Source: an uncultured delta proteobacterium
Lineage (GTDB): Bacteria; Desulfobacterota; Syntrophia; Syntrophales; Smithellaceae
Direction: 5' to 3'
NCBI GenBank assembly: GCA_963753975.1
Contig: CAVWEH010000002.1
Coordinates: 320,001 to 384,000 of the forward strand
Length of the DNA stretch: 64,000 nucleotides
Within the stretch, counting starts at the first letter, position 1. Every line of letters starts with the position of its first letter. The position numbers and the translations under genes were made by a program. The notes under the pieces are model-generated. The model made no database searches and was not told the origin of the DNA. It was given only the letters and a program-made list of their open reading frames with translations. This document shows positions 40,079-51,026 of this stretch, in pieces.

Positions 40079-40915
40079 ATGCACTGGAAGGCGCCCGCAA
40101 AAATAAACCTTTTCTTGCGCGTCCTCAACAAACGTGCCGATGGTTACCACAACATTTTTTCCCTCCTGCAAAAAATAGCAATTTATGATGAGTTAACTTT
40201 TTTGCCACGCCCTTCGGGAATTGTCCTAAATTGCCCGGCGAGCGGCCTGCCAACTGTCGAAGATAATTTAGTCTTTCGCGCGGCGCAATCTATTTTCGCT
40301 TATACTAACTATCCTTCCGGTATAGAAATCAAGCTTATCAAAAAAATCCCTCTGGCCGCCGGACTGGGGGGCGGCAGTTCCGATGCCGCTACAACTTTAA
40401 TCGCCTTAAACGAAATATGTTCTTTGGGGTTAAAAAAACGGGAACTAATGATGCTGGGAGCAAAGCTGGGGGCGGATGTCCCCTTTTTTATTTTTGGAAA
40501 CACGGCTTTGGCTTCCGGCATAGGCAACGAGTTGAAAGCCGTAAAAGCCATGCCCGAACTAAACCTTGTCCTTATCAATCTCCAATTTCCCCTCTCGACA
40601 AAAATGGTTTACGCCAACCTCAATTTGAGATTGACAAGCCAAAAAATTAATTATAGCATTCCGCGGTTTTTCGCACTGGGTGATGTAATCCGGGAATTGC
40701 ATAATGATTTAGAAGAAGTTTCGCTGAAATTGCATCCCGAATTAAATAACTTAAAGCAGATTTTGCTGTGTCATGGCGCGCTTGGTGCATTGATGTCGGG
40801 CAGCGGCCCTACGGTCTTTGGCATTTTTCCGGATGAAAAATCGGCAAAAACGGCTAGGAAGGCTATCGAAAAAGAAATTTCCTCTGCAGCTGTTTTTTTT
40901 GCCCGATCATTGTAA
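40079..40915 (+). CDS. ispE: 4-diphosphocytidyl-2-C-methyl-D-erythritol kinase
   Basis: APAKINLFL, KKIPLAAGLGGGSSDAA, LGADVPFF, MSGSGPTVFG. Confidence 0.97.
   Translation: MHWKAPAKINLFLRVLNKRADGYHNIFSLLQKIAIYDELTFLPRPSGIVLNCPASGLPTVEDNLVFRAAQSIFAYTNYPSGIEIKLIKKIPLAAGLGGGSSDAATTLIALNEICSLGLKKRELMMLGAKLGADVPFFIFGNTALASGIGNELKAVKAMPELNLVLINLQFPLSTKMVYANLNLRLTSQKINYSIPRFFALGDVIRELHNDLEEVSLKLHPELNNLKQILLCHGALGALMSGSGPTVFGIFPDEKSAKTARKAIEKEISSAAVFFARSL
40631..40659 (+). promoter_or_regulatory. Putative internal promoter within ispE for tRNA-Gln/prs
   Basis: TTGACA-17 nt-TAGCAT in an AT-rich patch of the coding sequence. Confidence 0.55.
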
Positions 40916-40957
40916 CCGCTGCATCATCCGGATGTAGCATTGATTTGTAGAATACAT

Positions 40958-41032
40958 TGGGGCGTCGTCAAGCGGTAAGACACAGGATTTTGGTTCCTGC
41001 ATTCGGAGGTTCGAATCCTCCCGCCCCAGCCA
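40958..41032 (+). tRNA. tRNA-Gln(TTG)
   Basis: TGGGGCGTCGTCAAGCGGTAAGAC, arm CAGGA TT TTG GT TCCTG, GGTTCGAATCC, CCA end. Confidence 0.97.
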
Positions 41033-41057
41033 TAAATAAAATCGGGAAAGGCTTTAA

Positions 41058-41999
41058 ATGCTAGAAAGAATTAGGATATTTTCTGGAAATTCCAACATTA
41101 CACTGGCCAGGAAAATTTGTAAAAATTTGGGTGTGCCTTTAGGCAAAGCCAATGTAACGACTTTCAGCGATGGGGAAACTCAAGTGGAAATCAACGAAAA
41201 TGTCCGCGGCATGGATGTTTTCATTGTCCAATCTACATGCTCGCCGGTGAATGTAATGTGCATGGAACTTCTGATCATGATTGATGCCATGAAGCGCGCC
41301 TCAGCCGACCGGATTACCGCTGTTATGCCTTATTATGGTTACGGCCGCCAGGATAGAAAAGTCGCCCCGCGCGCGCCGATTTCAGCTAAATTACTCGCCG
41401 ATCTCATTACCACCGCGGGAGCTAACCGTGTTCTTTCCATGGACCTGCACGCCGGTCAGATTCAGGGGTTTTTCAATATTCCGGTGGATAATCTTTTTGC
41501 CACGCCGGTTTTGCTTGATTACATGAAAAAAGCTTGCCTGAACAATACCGTGGTTGTGTCGCCGGATACCGGCGGCGTGGAGCGCGCCCGGGCATTTGGT
41601 AAACGCTTAGGGGCAAGTCTCGCCATCATTGATAAACGAAGAGAAGGACCCAATGAAGCCCAGGTAATGAATATCATCGGTAATGTCGAGGGCAAAAGAG
41701 TTCTCATCCTGGACGACATGGTGGATACGGCCGGAACTGTAGTCCAGGCCGCGAACGCCTTAAAAAACGCCGGCGCGATAGAAATCTTTGTCTGCTGCAC
41801 GCACCCGGTCTTATCCGGTCCGGCGCTTGATCGTATTGAAGGCTCCGATATTAAAGAGGTCGTTGTAACCGATACGATACCGCTTAATGATCGGGCAAAA
41901 AACTGCAAAAGAATAAAAGTTTTATCGGTATCCGGCCTTTTATCGGAAGCCGTGCGCCGAATTTATTATAACGATTCCGTAAGTTCATTATTTATATAG
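41058..41999 (+). CDS. prs: Ribose-phosphate pyrophosphokinase
   Basis: [35 protein letters not shown]. Confidence 0.98.
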   Translation: MLERIRIFSGNSNITLARKICKNLGVPLGKANVTTFSDGETQVEINENVRGMDVFIVQSTCSPVNVMCMELLIMIDAMKRASADRITAVMPYYGYGRQDRKVAPRAPISAKLLADLITTAGANRVLSMDLHAGQIQGFFNIPVDNLFATPVLLDYMKKACLNNTVVVSPDTGGVERARAFGKRLGASLAIIDKRREGPNEAQVMNIIGNVEGKRVLILDDMVDTAGTVVQAANALKNAGAIEIFVCCTHPVLSGPALDRIEGSDIKEVVVTDTIPLNDRAKNCKRIKVLSVSGLLSEAVRRIYYNDSVSSLFI

Positions 42000-42008
42000 G
42001 AGGAACAA

Positions 42009-42740
42009 ATGGAGGTAACCGATTTAGCGGCTCAAGTCCGTAAAGAACAAAAGAAAGGACCAGCCCGCAGACTGCGCCAAAGCGGATTTGTGCCGGCGAT
42101 TTTTTACGGTCGCTCCGCCGAAAATCTGTTGCTGGCGGTAAAAAATGACGCTCTGGTCAAATTACATAAAGATAAAAAAGATCACGCCTTCATCAAACTT
42201 ATTATCGATGACGGCAAGAATAAAACAGAGAAGCTTTCGCTGATCAAAGAATTGCAGGTTCAGCCTTTAACCGGCAAATTTTATCACGCTGATTTTTATG
42301 AAGTCGATATGAAGCACAAGCTTACCGTGGAAGTATCCCTGCGTTTTATCGGCAAGCCTGTAGGTGTTGATAACGGCGGCGAATTGCAGCATATCAAACG
42401 CGAGCTTAAAGTTTCCTGCTTGCCGGCCGATCTCCCTGATCATATTGACGTGGATGTGGCCTCCCTTGATATCGGAGATTCCATTAAAGTAAGAGAATTG
42501 ATTATTCCCGCGGGAATTACCGTTTTGGAGTTGCCCGACAGCGCCGTGGCCGCAGTCGCCATCGTTAAGATTGCCAAGGTCGAAGAGCCTGTAGCGGAAG
42601 CCGCTGTAACTGAGGAAGGCGCCGAAGCCGCGGCGGCCGCCGAAGGAGCTGAAGCCGTCGAGGCGGGAGCCGCACCGGCAGAAAAAGCTGAAAAGCCTGA
42701 AAAAGAGAAGAAAGAAAAGAAGGAAAAAAAGGAAAAGTAA
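42009..42740 (+). CDS. rplY: 50S ribosomal protein L25 (CTC type) with low-complexity tail
   Basis: KGPARRLR..G.VPAIFYG, HADFY, GGEL; Ala/Glu and EKK tail. Confidence 0.95.
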   Translation: MEVTDLAAQVRKEQKKGPARRLRQSGFVPAIFYGRSAENLLLAVKNDALVKLHKDKKDHAFIKLIIDDGKNKTEKLSLIKELQVQPLTGKFYHADFYEVDMKHKLTVEVSLRFIGKPVGVDNGGELQHIKRELKVSCLPADLPDHIDVDVASLDIGDSIKVRELIIPAGITVLELPDSAVAAVAIVKIAKVEEPVAEAAVTEEGAEAAAAAEGAEAVEAGAAPAEKAEKPEKEKKEKKEKKEK

Positions 42741-42835
42741 GTTTCAATATCCAGCCATACATCATCGGGCGGTAGAAAGTGCTCCTCTCGAATTGGACAA
42801 AAATATTTTCTCGGCGCAGCTCCGAGAGGCAAGAG

Positions 42836-43429
42836 ATGTATTTGATATTCGGCCTGGGTAATCCGGGCAATCGTTATCGCCTGACCAGACATAATATCGG
42901 GTTCATGGTTCTGGAAAAACTCGCGGCCGGGTTGGAGATTGATCTTAAACAAAAAAGTTTTAACGCTTTATGGGGCAAGGGCAAACTGAAAGATAAGAAT
43001 GTTCTTCTCGCCATGCCTCAAACATACATGAATTTAAGCGGCAGAGCGGTAAGAGAACTGCTCGCGTTCTTTAAAGCGGATATAAAATGTTTGATCGTTG
43101 TTCACGATGACCTGGACTTGCCTTTTGGCACGGTTCGCCTCAAAACCGGCGGAGGGAATGCCGGCCATAAAGGTTTGGAATCCATCGTGGAGAACCTCAG
43201 TTCTTCCGACTTCATGCGGGTGAGACTTGGCATCGGCAAACCGGCCGATAAAGCCCGCATTGAAAGTTATGTTCTGGAACGATTTGCATCCCGGGAGGAA
43301 GGTGAACTCAAGTCGGTTATTCAAGCGGCGGCGGATGCTGCCGCGGAAATTGTTTTATCAGGTATGCAGGAAGCTATGGTTAAATACCATACAAAAAATA
43401 TAAGTAATTTAAAAAAGGAGGATAAATAA
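42836..43429 (+). CDS. pth: Peptidyl-tRNA hydrolase
   Basis: GLGNPG..Y..TRHNIGF, PQTYMNLSG, VHDDLDL, GGNAGHKG. Confidence 0.96.
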   Translation: MYLIFGLGNPGNRYRLTRHNIGFMVLEKLAAGLEIDLKQKSFNALWGKGKLKDKNVLLAMPQTYMNLSGRAVRELLAFFKADIKCLIVVHDDLDLPFGTVRLKTGGGNAGHKGLESIVENLSSSDFMRVRLGIGKPADKARIESYVLERFASREEGELKSVIQAAADAAAEIVLSGMQEAMVKYHTKNISNLKKEDK

Positions 43430-45864
43430 TGTTACAAAACAAACGTAGTATCTGGACATTTTTGCTCAGCGGCATCTTTTTTCTTTTGCTTGCCGGCACC
43501 GCTTTCGCGGGTGAAGCGGATATTAAATTGCCTGATTTGACCAATATTGCCTTTCTCGGCGGCGCCTTGAAGGGTATTACTATTCTTAACGTCGGGCTTA
43601 TTATCTGTGTGATCGGAATGATTTTTGGTTTGATCCAATATGTACAAACAAAAAATCTCCCCGCCCATCAGTCCATGTTGGACGTATCTAAAACTATCTG
43701 GGAAACCTGCAAAACCTACCTTTTCCAACAGGGAAAATTCCTGGTCGGTTTGTGGATCCTCATCGCCGCGTGTATTGTTTACTACTTCTACGGCCTGCAG
43801 GGCTCTCCGGTAAACGGCATAATAATAATTCTTTTATGTTCGATTGTCGGAATTTTAGGCTCCTACGGTGTGGCCTGGTTTGGCATTCGCATTAACACCG
43901 TGGCCAATTCCCGCGCCGCCTTTGCTTCCATGAGCGGCAATCCCTTAAACATCGTAAATATTTGTTTAAGGTCGGGTATGAGCGTAGGGCTGCTGCTCGT
44001 CAGCATCGAACTTTTTTTCATGATCATGATTCTCGCTTACATTCCCAAGGAATTATCCGGTCCCTGCTTTATCGGCTTTGCCATCGGTGAATCGCTGGGC
44101 GCTTCCGTTCTGCGTATTTGCGGCGGTATCTTCACCAAAATCGCCGATATCGGTTCCGACCTGATGAAAATCGTCTTCCATCTGCCGGAAGACGACCCGA
44201 AAAACCCGGGCGTTATTGCCGATTGTACCGGTGACAACGCCGGCGACAGCGTCGGCCCTACCGCCGACGGTTTTGAAACTTACGGCGTAACCGGCGTTGC
44301 CTTAATCGCTTTTTTAGCGCTGGCACTCGCGGGCAATCCCGAAATGGGCGGAAAACTAATCGTCTGGATTTTTGCCATGAGAATCCTCATGATCCTGACT
44401 TCTCTTGTTTCTTATTTTGTCAATGATGTAATCAGCAAATCAGTTTTCTCCGGCAAAAAAGATTTTAACTTTGAACATCCCCTGACCAATCTGGTTTGGA
44501 TTACCTCGATTGTCTCCATCGCCGTCACCTTTGCCGCGAGTTTCTATCTGTTGGGCGATTTGACGGATAAATACCAGGGTTTGTGGTGGGCGCTTTCGAT
44601 CATCATCAGTTGCGGAACCATCGCCGGCGCTTTGATTCCGGAACTGACCAAAGTATTCACCAGCACTAAATCGCGTCATTGCGAAGAAGTCGTTAATGCT
44701 TCCAAGCAGGGCGGAGCATCGCTTAATGTTCTTTCCGGATTTGTTGCCGGCAATTTCTCCGCTTTCTGGGAAGGCATGACTATTATGTTCTTAATGTTCA
44801 TCGCCTATCTGGTATCGAAAAATCCGGCCGTCATCGCGATATTGCCTGCCGAATTCGTTTTTGCTGCGCCGGTTTTCGCTTTCGGTCTGGTCGCTTTCGG
44901 TTTCCTGGGCATGGGCCCGGTGACCATCGCTGTGGACAGTTTCGGTCCGGTCTCGGATAACGCTCAATCCATCTATGAGCTTTCGATGATCGAATCCCGT
45001 AATGATGCGAAAGCAGTTGTCAAAAAACACTACGGCATTGAACCGGACTTTGAACTGGCCAAGCACTTTTTGGAATCCGCAGACGGCGCGGGCAATACCT
45101 TTAAAGCCACGGCTAAACCCGTGCTGATCGGAACGGCTGTCGTCGGCGCTACCACCATGGTGTTCGGCATTATCATCTTGCTCGAGCGCCTCTTCGGCAA
45201 TGTCATCGCCAAACTTTCCCTTGTCCAGCCGGAAGTAATCCTGGGCTTGCTCATGGGCGGCGCTGTCATTTACTGGTTTACCGGCGCTTCTATGCAGGCA
45301 GTTACCACCGGAGCTTATCAGGCTGTTGTGTTCATCAAAAAGAACATCAAACTGGATAAGAAAGAAGCATCGATTGAAGACAGCAAGGAAGTCGTCAAGA
45401 TTTGCACCCAATATGCGCAGAAGGGAATGATCAATATCTTCATCGTCATTTTCTTTATGACCCTGGCCCTGTCTTTCTTCAACCCTTACTACTTTATCGG
45501 CTATCTTATAGCCATTGCCTTCTTTGGCCTCTTCCAGGCGATATTCATGGCCAATGCCGGCGGCTGCTGGGATAACGGCAAGAAGATTGTGGAAGTTGAC
45601 TTGAAGATGAAAAACACTCCGTTACATGAAGCAACAGTTGTCGGCGACACCGTCGGCGACCCGTTCAAAGATACTTCTTCCGTTTCTTTGAATCCGGTTA
45701 TCAAATTTACGACTCTGTTTGGTTTGCTGGCTGTGGAAATCGCCGTGACGATGACCAATGTCGGTTTGAAGCTCGGCCTTTCTGCATGCTTCTTCATCAT
45801 CGCTTTGATTTTCGTTTACCGTTCCTTCTACAAGATGAGAATTTCCGAGGAAAAACTCGACTAA
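43429..45864 (+). CDS. hppA: Membrane ion-translocating pyrophosphatase
   Basis: GGIFTKIADIGSDL, EDDPKNPGVIADCTGDNAGD, DGAGNTFKA, GGCWDNGKK, GDTVGDPFKD. Confidence 0.95.
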   Translation: MLQNKRSIWTFLLSGIFFLLLAGTAFAGEADIKLPDLTNIAFLGGALKGITILNVGLIICVIGMIFGLIQYVQTKNLPAHQSMLDVSKTIWETCKTYLFQQGKFLVGLWILIAACIVYYFYGLQGSPVNGIIIILLCSIVGILGSYGVAWFGIRINTVANSRAAFASMSGNPLNIVNICLRSGMSVGLLLVSIELFFMIMILAYIPKELSGPCFIGFAIGESLGASVLRICGGIFTKIADIGSDLMKIVFHLPEDDPKNPGVIADCTGDNAGDSVGPTADGFETYGVTGVALIAFLALALAGNPEMGGKLIVWIFAMRILMILTSLVSYFVNDVISKSVFSGKKDFNFEHPLTNLVWITSIVSIAVTFAASFYLLGDLTDKYQGLWWALSIIISCGTIAGALIPELTKVFTSTKSRHCEEVVNASKQGGASLNVLSGFVAGNFSAFWEGMTIMFLMFIAYLVSKNPAVIAILPAEFVFAAPVFAFGLVAFGFLGMGPVTIAVDSFGPVSDNAQSIYELSMIESRNDAKAVVKKHYGIEPDFELAKHFLESADGAGNTFKATAKPVLIGTAVVGATTMVFGIIILLERLFGNVIAKLSLVQPEVILGLLMGGAVIYWFTGASMQAVTTGAYQAVVFIKKNIKLDKKEASIEDSKEVVKICTQYAQKGMINIFIVIFFMTLALSFFNPYYFIGYLIAIAFFGLFQAIFMANAGGCWDNGKKIVEVDLKMKNTPLHEATVVGDTVGDPFKDTSSVSLNPVIKFTTLFGLLAVEIAVTMTNVGLKLGLSACFFIIALIFVYRSFYKMRISEEKLD

Positions 45865-45894
45865 TTAAGAATTAAAGATTTAACCAACAACGAG

Positions 45895-45922
45895 AAAGCG
45901 CCCCATTTTGGGGCGCTTTTTT
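45895..45922 (+). terminator. Intrinsic terminator after hppA
   Basis: AAAGCGCCCCA-TT-TTGGGGCGC-TTTTTT. Confidence 0.85.
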
Positions 45923-46010
45923 AATGACACTGGCTGAAAACAAACGAAGTGTAGTATGAAGCATTCGTCCGATTATCCCGCAGTGCTCCGCCTGTGGGAT
46001 TAATCACACC
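45923..46010 (+). repeat. Single degenerate unit of the modular hairpin family
   Basis: AATGACACT..GTCCGATTATCCCGCAG..CTGTGGGATTAATCACAC. Confidence 0.65.
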
Positions 46011-46301
46011 ACTAATTTAAAGCTTCACCAGTTATCTCGGTTATCGTTAACATCTACAAATCAATAATCTTATAACATTAATAAAGTTGTTGATTACGGA
46101 TTAAAAGCAGCAGAGATTGCAGAAAAAAGAAAATAGGTATTGGTGATTGTAATTTTCTCATTTTGCCGTTTCCGACAGAGTCCGCGGAAGCCAACCCCCA
46201 ATATAGATAAAATGCCAGCGCTGTTTGTCCACTTTTTTCCTTGCATCTACCGGAAATTACTGTATAAGCGTAACCAAAAATATATATGAGAGGTTTACAA
46301 T

Positions 46302-47135
46302 ATCACATCCCGATCACATCCTTTATTCTGTTTAACTTCCATTTTATTATCTCTGCTAGTTATGATGCCGAAGGTTGCCTTGGCTGTAAACTTTTATGAC
46401 GGCGCCCGTGCCAAGCAGGGCACATATTTTCTTACATATTCGTCTGTTTATGTAGCCGACGAGACGACCGATGAAAACGGAAGCACGAACAAAAAAGATT
46501 ATGGACTCATAAGCGCTCAAGAATTGCTCCGCTTTTGCTATTATTCGCCTGATTTTGTCGCCACAGCTCTTGTCCCATTTGGCTATACGGATATTCACTC
46601 TCTGCATCAGAATTCGTCGGGTCTGGGTGATATCAATCTCGGCGCCGGTTATTTCCTGCCGTTTATACAGGTTGATATCCTGCCGATGATATTCGTAGAA
46701 TTTCCAACAGGAGAATACAACGCCTCAAAAGCGGTCAATATCGGCTCAAATCAGTATGATATCAAGCCGACGATTTTTCTTTACAAGTCCTTTGGCGATT
46801 TTAGTATTGATGCCGCCGTGAAATATTATTTCCGGTTGAAAAACAATGCTACCGATGTCTCTCCGGGAGATGAGTTATATCTGCAGTGCCTTTTGGGCTA
46901 CAACCTGACAGACAAATTTAAATTAGGACCTTCGATCAACTGGATGATCAGCAAAGACAAAGAGCAAAACGGAGTAGCGGTAAGTAACAGCGCCAGAGAG
47001 ACACTTTCCGTGGGCGCCGATGTTTATTACCGTTTTTCATGGCTTAGTGTTACATTCACTTATCTTTACGACGTGCATACCGAAAATTCGCCCAAAGGAC
47101 ATTTCTTTCAAATCAAAACTGTTTACTTCTTTTAA
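46302..47135 (+). CDS. Outer-membrane beta-barrel of the SphA/Phenol_MetA_deg type; probable true start is ATC at 46302
   Basis: SGLGDI, FPTGEY....N.GSN, PGDE, C-terminal Phe; frame open from 46302 behind GAGAGG, giving a full signal peptide. Confidence 0.7.
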   Translation: MTSRSHPLFCLTSILLSLLVMMPKVALAVNFYDGARAKQGTYFLTYSSVYVADETTDENGSTNKKDYGLISAQELLRFCYYSPDFVATALVPFGYTDIHSLHQNSSGLGDINLGAGYFLPFIQVDILPMIFVEFPTGEYNASKAVNIGSNQYDIKPTIFLYKSFGDFSIDAAVKYYFRLKNNATDVSPGDELYLQCLLGYNLTDKFKLGPSINWMISKDKEQNGVAVSNSARETLSVGADVYYRFSWLSVTFTYLYDVHTENSPKGHFFQIKTVYFF

Positions 47136-47405
47136 TTATTTTCAGTTAAAAACTGTATATGCGTTTTGGAAACAAAATCTGTTGATTTCCAGAAGAAATG
47201 TTGTGTCTACCGGAAGGCTTGAGAAACTTTGCTTGCAGAAAGAAGTGATTAAGAACAGTCTTTACACTTACCGTCAATTCCGACACGCTACGCTTTCGGG
47301 ATAATCACGGACATCTACGATATCCTTCGCCTGTGGCGGGGTCAATTGAAGACTTTAGTTGCAAGCAACTCAGAGATCTTCGATACGTAATGAAGTTGAG
47401 GCTTC

Positions 47406-47675
47406 TTAATCTGCCCGCATGTTCTGATATGCTTTGGCTCTCGAATGTTTGGCTGTATTATCTGTACTTCCTAACTTCATGCCAATTATTAACGCTGCAC
47501 CGGATACCGCGCCGCAGATATTTCCCGTTCTGCCGATGCCTCCTCCCAAGGCGGATGCCATCTTCACTGCTTCTTCTGCATTCATGACCACGTCAGCGGC
47601 ATAGGCTTTAATAATAGATTGCACGCAATTGTATCCTTTTTTCAAATAATCGGAGGCCAATTCAGATTTATTCAT
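47406..47675 (-). pseudogene. Truncated C-GCAxxG-C-C family putative redox protein
   Basis: GYNCVQS, ALGGGIGRTGNICGAVSGA; the C-terminal Cys-containing half is missing. Confidence 0.75.
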
Positions 47676-47689
47676 CGTTCATCCCAATC

Positions 47690-47980
47690 TTAAATGCTCT
47701 TTTTGTTTTTTCGGATAACCAGCTTTATCGCAAGATAGGGAAACAAGAAGAGGACGATAGCGCAGATTTTAACAAAAGCCAAACCATAATAGAAAATCAA
47801 ATCATATTCATGCTTGCTCAATTCGATCTTATACCAGTTGGAACTCATGTAATAACTCCAATTACCTGCCAGAGCATAAAAAATCATCGATATCAGCAAT
47901 AACGCCGCTGAAAAAAAGAAACAACGGATAAGGATGCCGGCCAAATTTTCCATGAAATTAATTTGCTCTTCTTTATTCAT
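47690..47980 (-). CDS. Small two-TM hypothetical protein (DUF6868-like)
   Basis: AGGAGG RBS; YYGLAFVKI..LFLFPYLAI. Confidence 0.65.
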   Translation of the reverse strand: MNKEEQINFMENLAGILIRCFFFSAALLLISMIFYALAGNWSYYMSSNWYKIELSKHEYDLIFYYGLAFVKICAIVLFLFPYLAIKLVIRKNKKSI

Positions 47981-48023
47981 AACTAACCTCCTGATCAATT
48001 ACACATTGTTGTGCGCCGTCCGG

Positions 48024-48452
48024 TCAGACAGCAATTACCTCTTTCAAGCTTTCAAATACAACTCCGATATTTTTCATATCTGTTATACTAGAATCGGCTA
48101 CTGCCCGGGAAGCTGCCGATGTACATTCATACACTATCGAGACATTATAATCCAAACAAACAGCGTCAAAAGCTGTTGCTCGGATACAATTGGGATATTG
48201 ATGACCGACAAATACCGGGTCGGCTATATTTTTTCTCTTGAGAATCATATCCAGCTCAATTTGCATAAACGCGCTAAATCGATTTCGAATTAGCACAATT
48301 TCATTTTTTGCCGGCTTTAATTCATCCACTATTTCAGCGCCTTCAGTTCCCTTCACACAATAGGGTTTTTTTATAAATTCGCTTAGCCGGAATTTTTCTA
48401 TATCCGAACCGTCTATCCTTACAAAAAATATCTTCCAGAGAGCATAAAACAC
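48024..48452 (-). pseudogene. Isochorismatase/cysteine hydrolase fragment lacking its N-terminus
   Basis: CVKGTEGAEIVDELKP, RFSAF, CIRATAFDA..LDY; no N-terminal xxDxQNDF catalytic motif. Confidence 0.75.
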
Positions 48453-48717
48453 TCTTCCCTCTCTATCAAGACCTTTTTAAAAATTTAAAGTTGGAACTGC
48501 CAACAGCTTAATATTGAGCACGGATCGGGATTAAAAAATAACTTAACTTATTATCTTGACACATAAGCATAGGTTTTATATGTTCAGTGCTACTTGATTC
48601 AAGTTTTTCTCAAAGAGAAATCGGGCAAATAGTAATGGTTGGAAGTGTCCGCGCAGCGAGATTCGCCGCGGATAGTTCGGAGAGTTTTTAATCTTTTTAT
48701 GAAGAAAGGATGAAATT

Positions 48718-48873
48718 ATGACTCTACATCTTGGTATCGGTCCGGTGTTGGCGCTTATTGCGGGTATTATTATTCTTATCATACCCAAACTTTTGAACTA
48801 TACCGTCGCTATTTATTTGATCGTCATTGGAATTCTGGGGATTCTGGGTTACTACAATTTAAGCTTCAGATAA
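48718..48873 (+). CDS. DUF3096 small membrane protein (51 aa, below the ORF-track cutoff)
   Basis: MTLHLGIGPVLALIAGIIILIIPKLLNYTVAIYLIVIGILGILGYYNLSFR; AAGGA RBS. Confidence 0.85.
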   Translation: MTLHLGIGPVLALIAGIIILIIPKLLNYTVAIYLIVIGILGILGYYNLSFR

Positions 48874-48907
48874 AGAAAATTAATTTTTAATTTTGATGTA
48901 ATCTTCA

Positions 48908-48948
48908 AGCGCGGGAAGCGTTTTTTCGAATGCTTCCTGCGCTATTTT
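48908..48948. terminator. Hairpin terminator between convergent genes
   Basis: AGCGCGGGAAGCG/TGCTTCCTGCGCT followed by ATTTT. Confidence 0.65.
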
Positions 48949-48985
48949 ATTAGTAATAACATTGATTTCGCTTACGCGCTTTGAA

Positions 48986-51019
48986 CTAGGTTTTCCCGTA
49001 TTCGGAAAAAATCATGGAGAATACCGCTCGCCCCTGTGTCGCCGATCTCAAATCAGTGGAATAACCGAACATTGCCTTGAGCGGCACTTTTGCTTTTATT
49101 TCACTTACCGTCCCTTTGGGATTGACCGACTGAATCTCACCCTTGCGGGCATTAATATCGCCGATTACATCGCCCATAAATTCACCCGGCGTGATAATAT
49201 CCACGAGCATTATGGGCTCGAGTAAAACCGGATCGGCCTTGCGGCATCCATCCCGGAAAGCTGTTGCCGCCGCAATCTTGTAGCCCTGAGCCGAGGATTC
49301 TCCTTCCCGGAAAGAACCGCCGGTTAGGGCGACGCCGACATCCGTTACCGGATAGCTGTTCAGACATCCGCTCATCGCGGCTTCTTGTATGCCTTCGATG
49401 ATGGCTTCATGATACTCTACTGGAATTATGTTTTCATCAACCATAATGATTATCTCATTTCCCAAACCACGTTTGCGCGGCGTTAAAGAAAGGCGAACAT
49501 GGCCGAAATGTTTCTTTTCGCCCAGTTCTTTTTCGAATACACCTTCCACTTCCACCTGCTTTTGGATCGTTTCCCGGTAGACAACCCGAGGTCTCCCGAC
49601 GTTTACGCGCGCATTGAATTCCCGCCGTAAGCGATCAACGATAATTTCCAGATGCAACTCTCCCATGCCGGAAATTATCGTCTGCATGGTTTCATCTTCA
49701 TATTTCACTTTTAAGGTCGGGTCTTCTTCCACTAATTTTGCGAGTGCAGCCGCGAGCTTTTCCTGATCTGCGGGAGTTTTAGCTTCAATGGCCTGGCTGA
49801 TAACCGGTTCATAAAATTCTATTTGCTCCAGTATAATCGGATGTTTTTCATCGCAAAGAGTATCGCCGGTCGTCGTCTCTTTCAGCCCCAAGACCGCGAC
49901 TATTTCTCCCGCCCCCGCCTTATCGATTCTTTCCCTTTTATTGGCGTGCATGCGCAAAAGACGGGCAACTTTTTCTTTCTTCTTTTTTATTACGTTATAA
50001 ATTTCATCGTTAGCTTTGATCTCACCGGAATAAATACGCAGATAGGCAAGTTTCCGGCCTTCATCGAGCATGATCTTGAAAGCCAAAGCCGCGAGCGGCT
50101 CTTTGTCGGAACTATGCCTTACTTCTTCCTTCCTGGTAACAGGATTAATTCCTTTGACCGGAGGAATATCCTCCGGCGACGGTAAATAATCGATAACCGC
50201 GTCCAGTATCGGCTGGATTCCTTTGTTGCGCAGAGCCGCGCCGCAAAGAACGGGCACTATTTTCAGTGAAATGGTCGCCTTTCTTAAGGCTTTATAGATC
50301 TGCGCTGCTTCAATTTTTTCACCGGCCAGGTATTTTTCAGCGAGATCATCATCCAGCTCGGCAAGTGTCTCGATCATTTTTTCCCGCGCACGCCGGGATG
50401 GAGATATAAATTCTTCGGGTATTTCCTGAACGGTTAATTCCATGCCCTGGCTCGCCTCATCCCAGGTAATCAACTTTTCATTGAGCAAATCGATAACTCC
50501 GCGAAAATTGTCTTCGCTCCCTGCGGGAATCTGGATGGGAACGGGAATAGAAACAAAGCGTTCGCGCATCATTCTCACCGCTTCAAAAAAATCAGCGCCT
50601 ACCCTGTCCATTTTATTGATGAACGCGATCTTGGGAACGCCGTACTTATCCGCCTGATGCCAGACAGTCTCCGATTGCGGCTCTACGCAGCCCACAGCGC
50701 AAAACACGACTACGGCCCCGTCGAGTACGCGTAGGGAACGTTCCACTTCGATTGTAAAATCCACGTGGCCGGGCGTATCGATGATGTGAATATCATGATT
50801 TTTCCAGGCACAAGTTGTGACTGCCGAAGTAATGGTTATGCCCCTTTCCTGCTCCTGGAGCATCCAGTCCATAACAGCTTCGCCGTCGTGGACTTCTCCC
50901 ATTTTATAGGATCTGCCGGTGTAAAAAAGGATTCTTTCGGTTACGGTTGTCTTTCCCGCGTCGATGTGCGCGACTATACCGATATTACGCGTTCGTGATA
51001 TTTTGGATTTCGCCGCCAT
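48986..51019 (-). CDS. fusA: Elongation factor G (stand-alone copy)
   Basis: [47 protein letters not shown]; start set at MAAKSK. Confidence 0.93.
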   Translation of the reverse strand: MAAKSKISRTRNIGIVAHIDAGKTTVTERILFYTGRSYKMGEVHDGEAVMDWMLQEQERGITITSAVTTCAWKNHDIHIIDTPGHVDFTIEVERSLRVLDGAVVVFCAVGCVEPQSETVWHQADKYGVPKIAFINKMDRVGADFFEAVRMMRERFVSIPVPIQIPAGSEDNFRGVIDLLNEKLITWDEASQGMELTVQEIPEEFISPSRRAREKMIETLAELDDDLAEKYLAGEKIEAAQIYKALRKATISLKIVPVLCGAALRNKGIQPILDAVIDYLPSPEDIPPVKGINPVTRKEEVRHSSDKEPLAALAFKIMLDEGRKLAYLRIYSGEIKANDEIYNVIKKKKEKVARLLRMHANKRERIDKAGAGEIVAVLGLKETTTGDTLCDEKHPIILEQIEFYEPVISQAIEAKTPADQEKLAAALAKLVEEDPTLKVKYEDETMQTIISGMGELHLEIIVDRLRREFNARVNVGRPRVVYRETIQKQVEVEGVFEKELGEKKHFGHVRLSLTPRKRGLGNEIIIMVDENIIPVEYHEAIIEGIQEAAMSGCLNSYPVTDVGVALTGGSFREGESSAQGYKIAAATAFRDGCRKADPVLLEPIMLVDIITPGEFMGDVIGDINARKGEIQSVNPKGTVSEIKAKVPLKAMFGYSTDLRSATQGRAVFSMIFSEYGKT

Positions 51020-51026
51020 AAGAAAA

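Noticed and set aside
42590..42740. Repetitive GCC/GAA and AAAGAAAAG tracts
   Set aside because: They are explained by the low-complexity Ala/Glu/Lys tail of L25.
48641..48680. Hairpin TCCGCG..CGCGGA containing GCGCAGC (a similar one at about 42809-42826)
   Set aside because: It lacks the AATGA/GTCGAAT framework, so it cannot be assigned to the repeat family.
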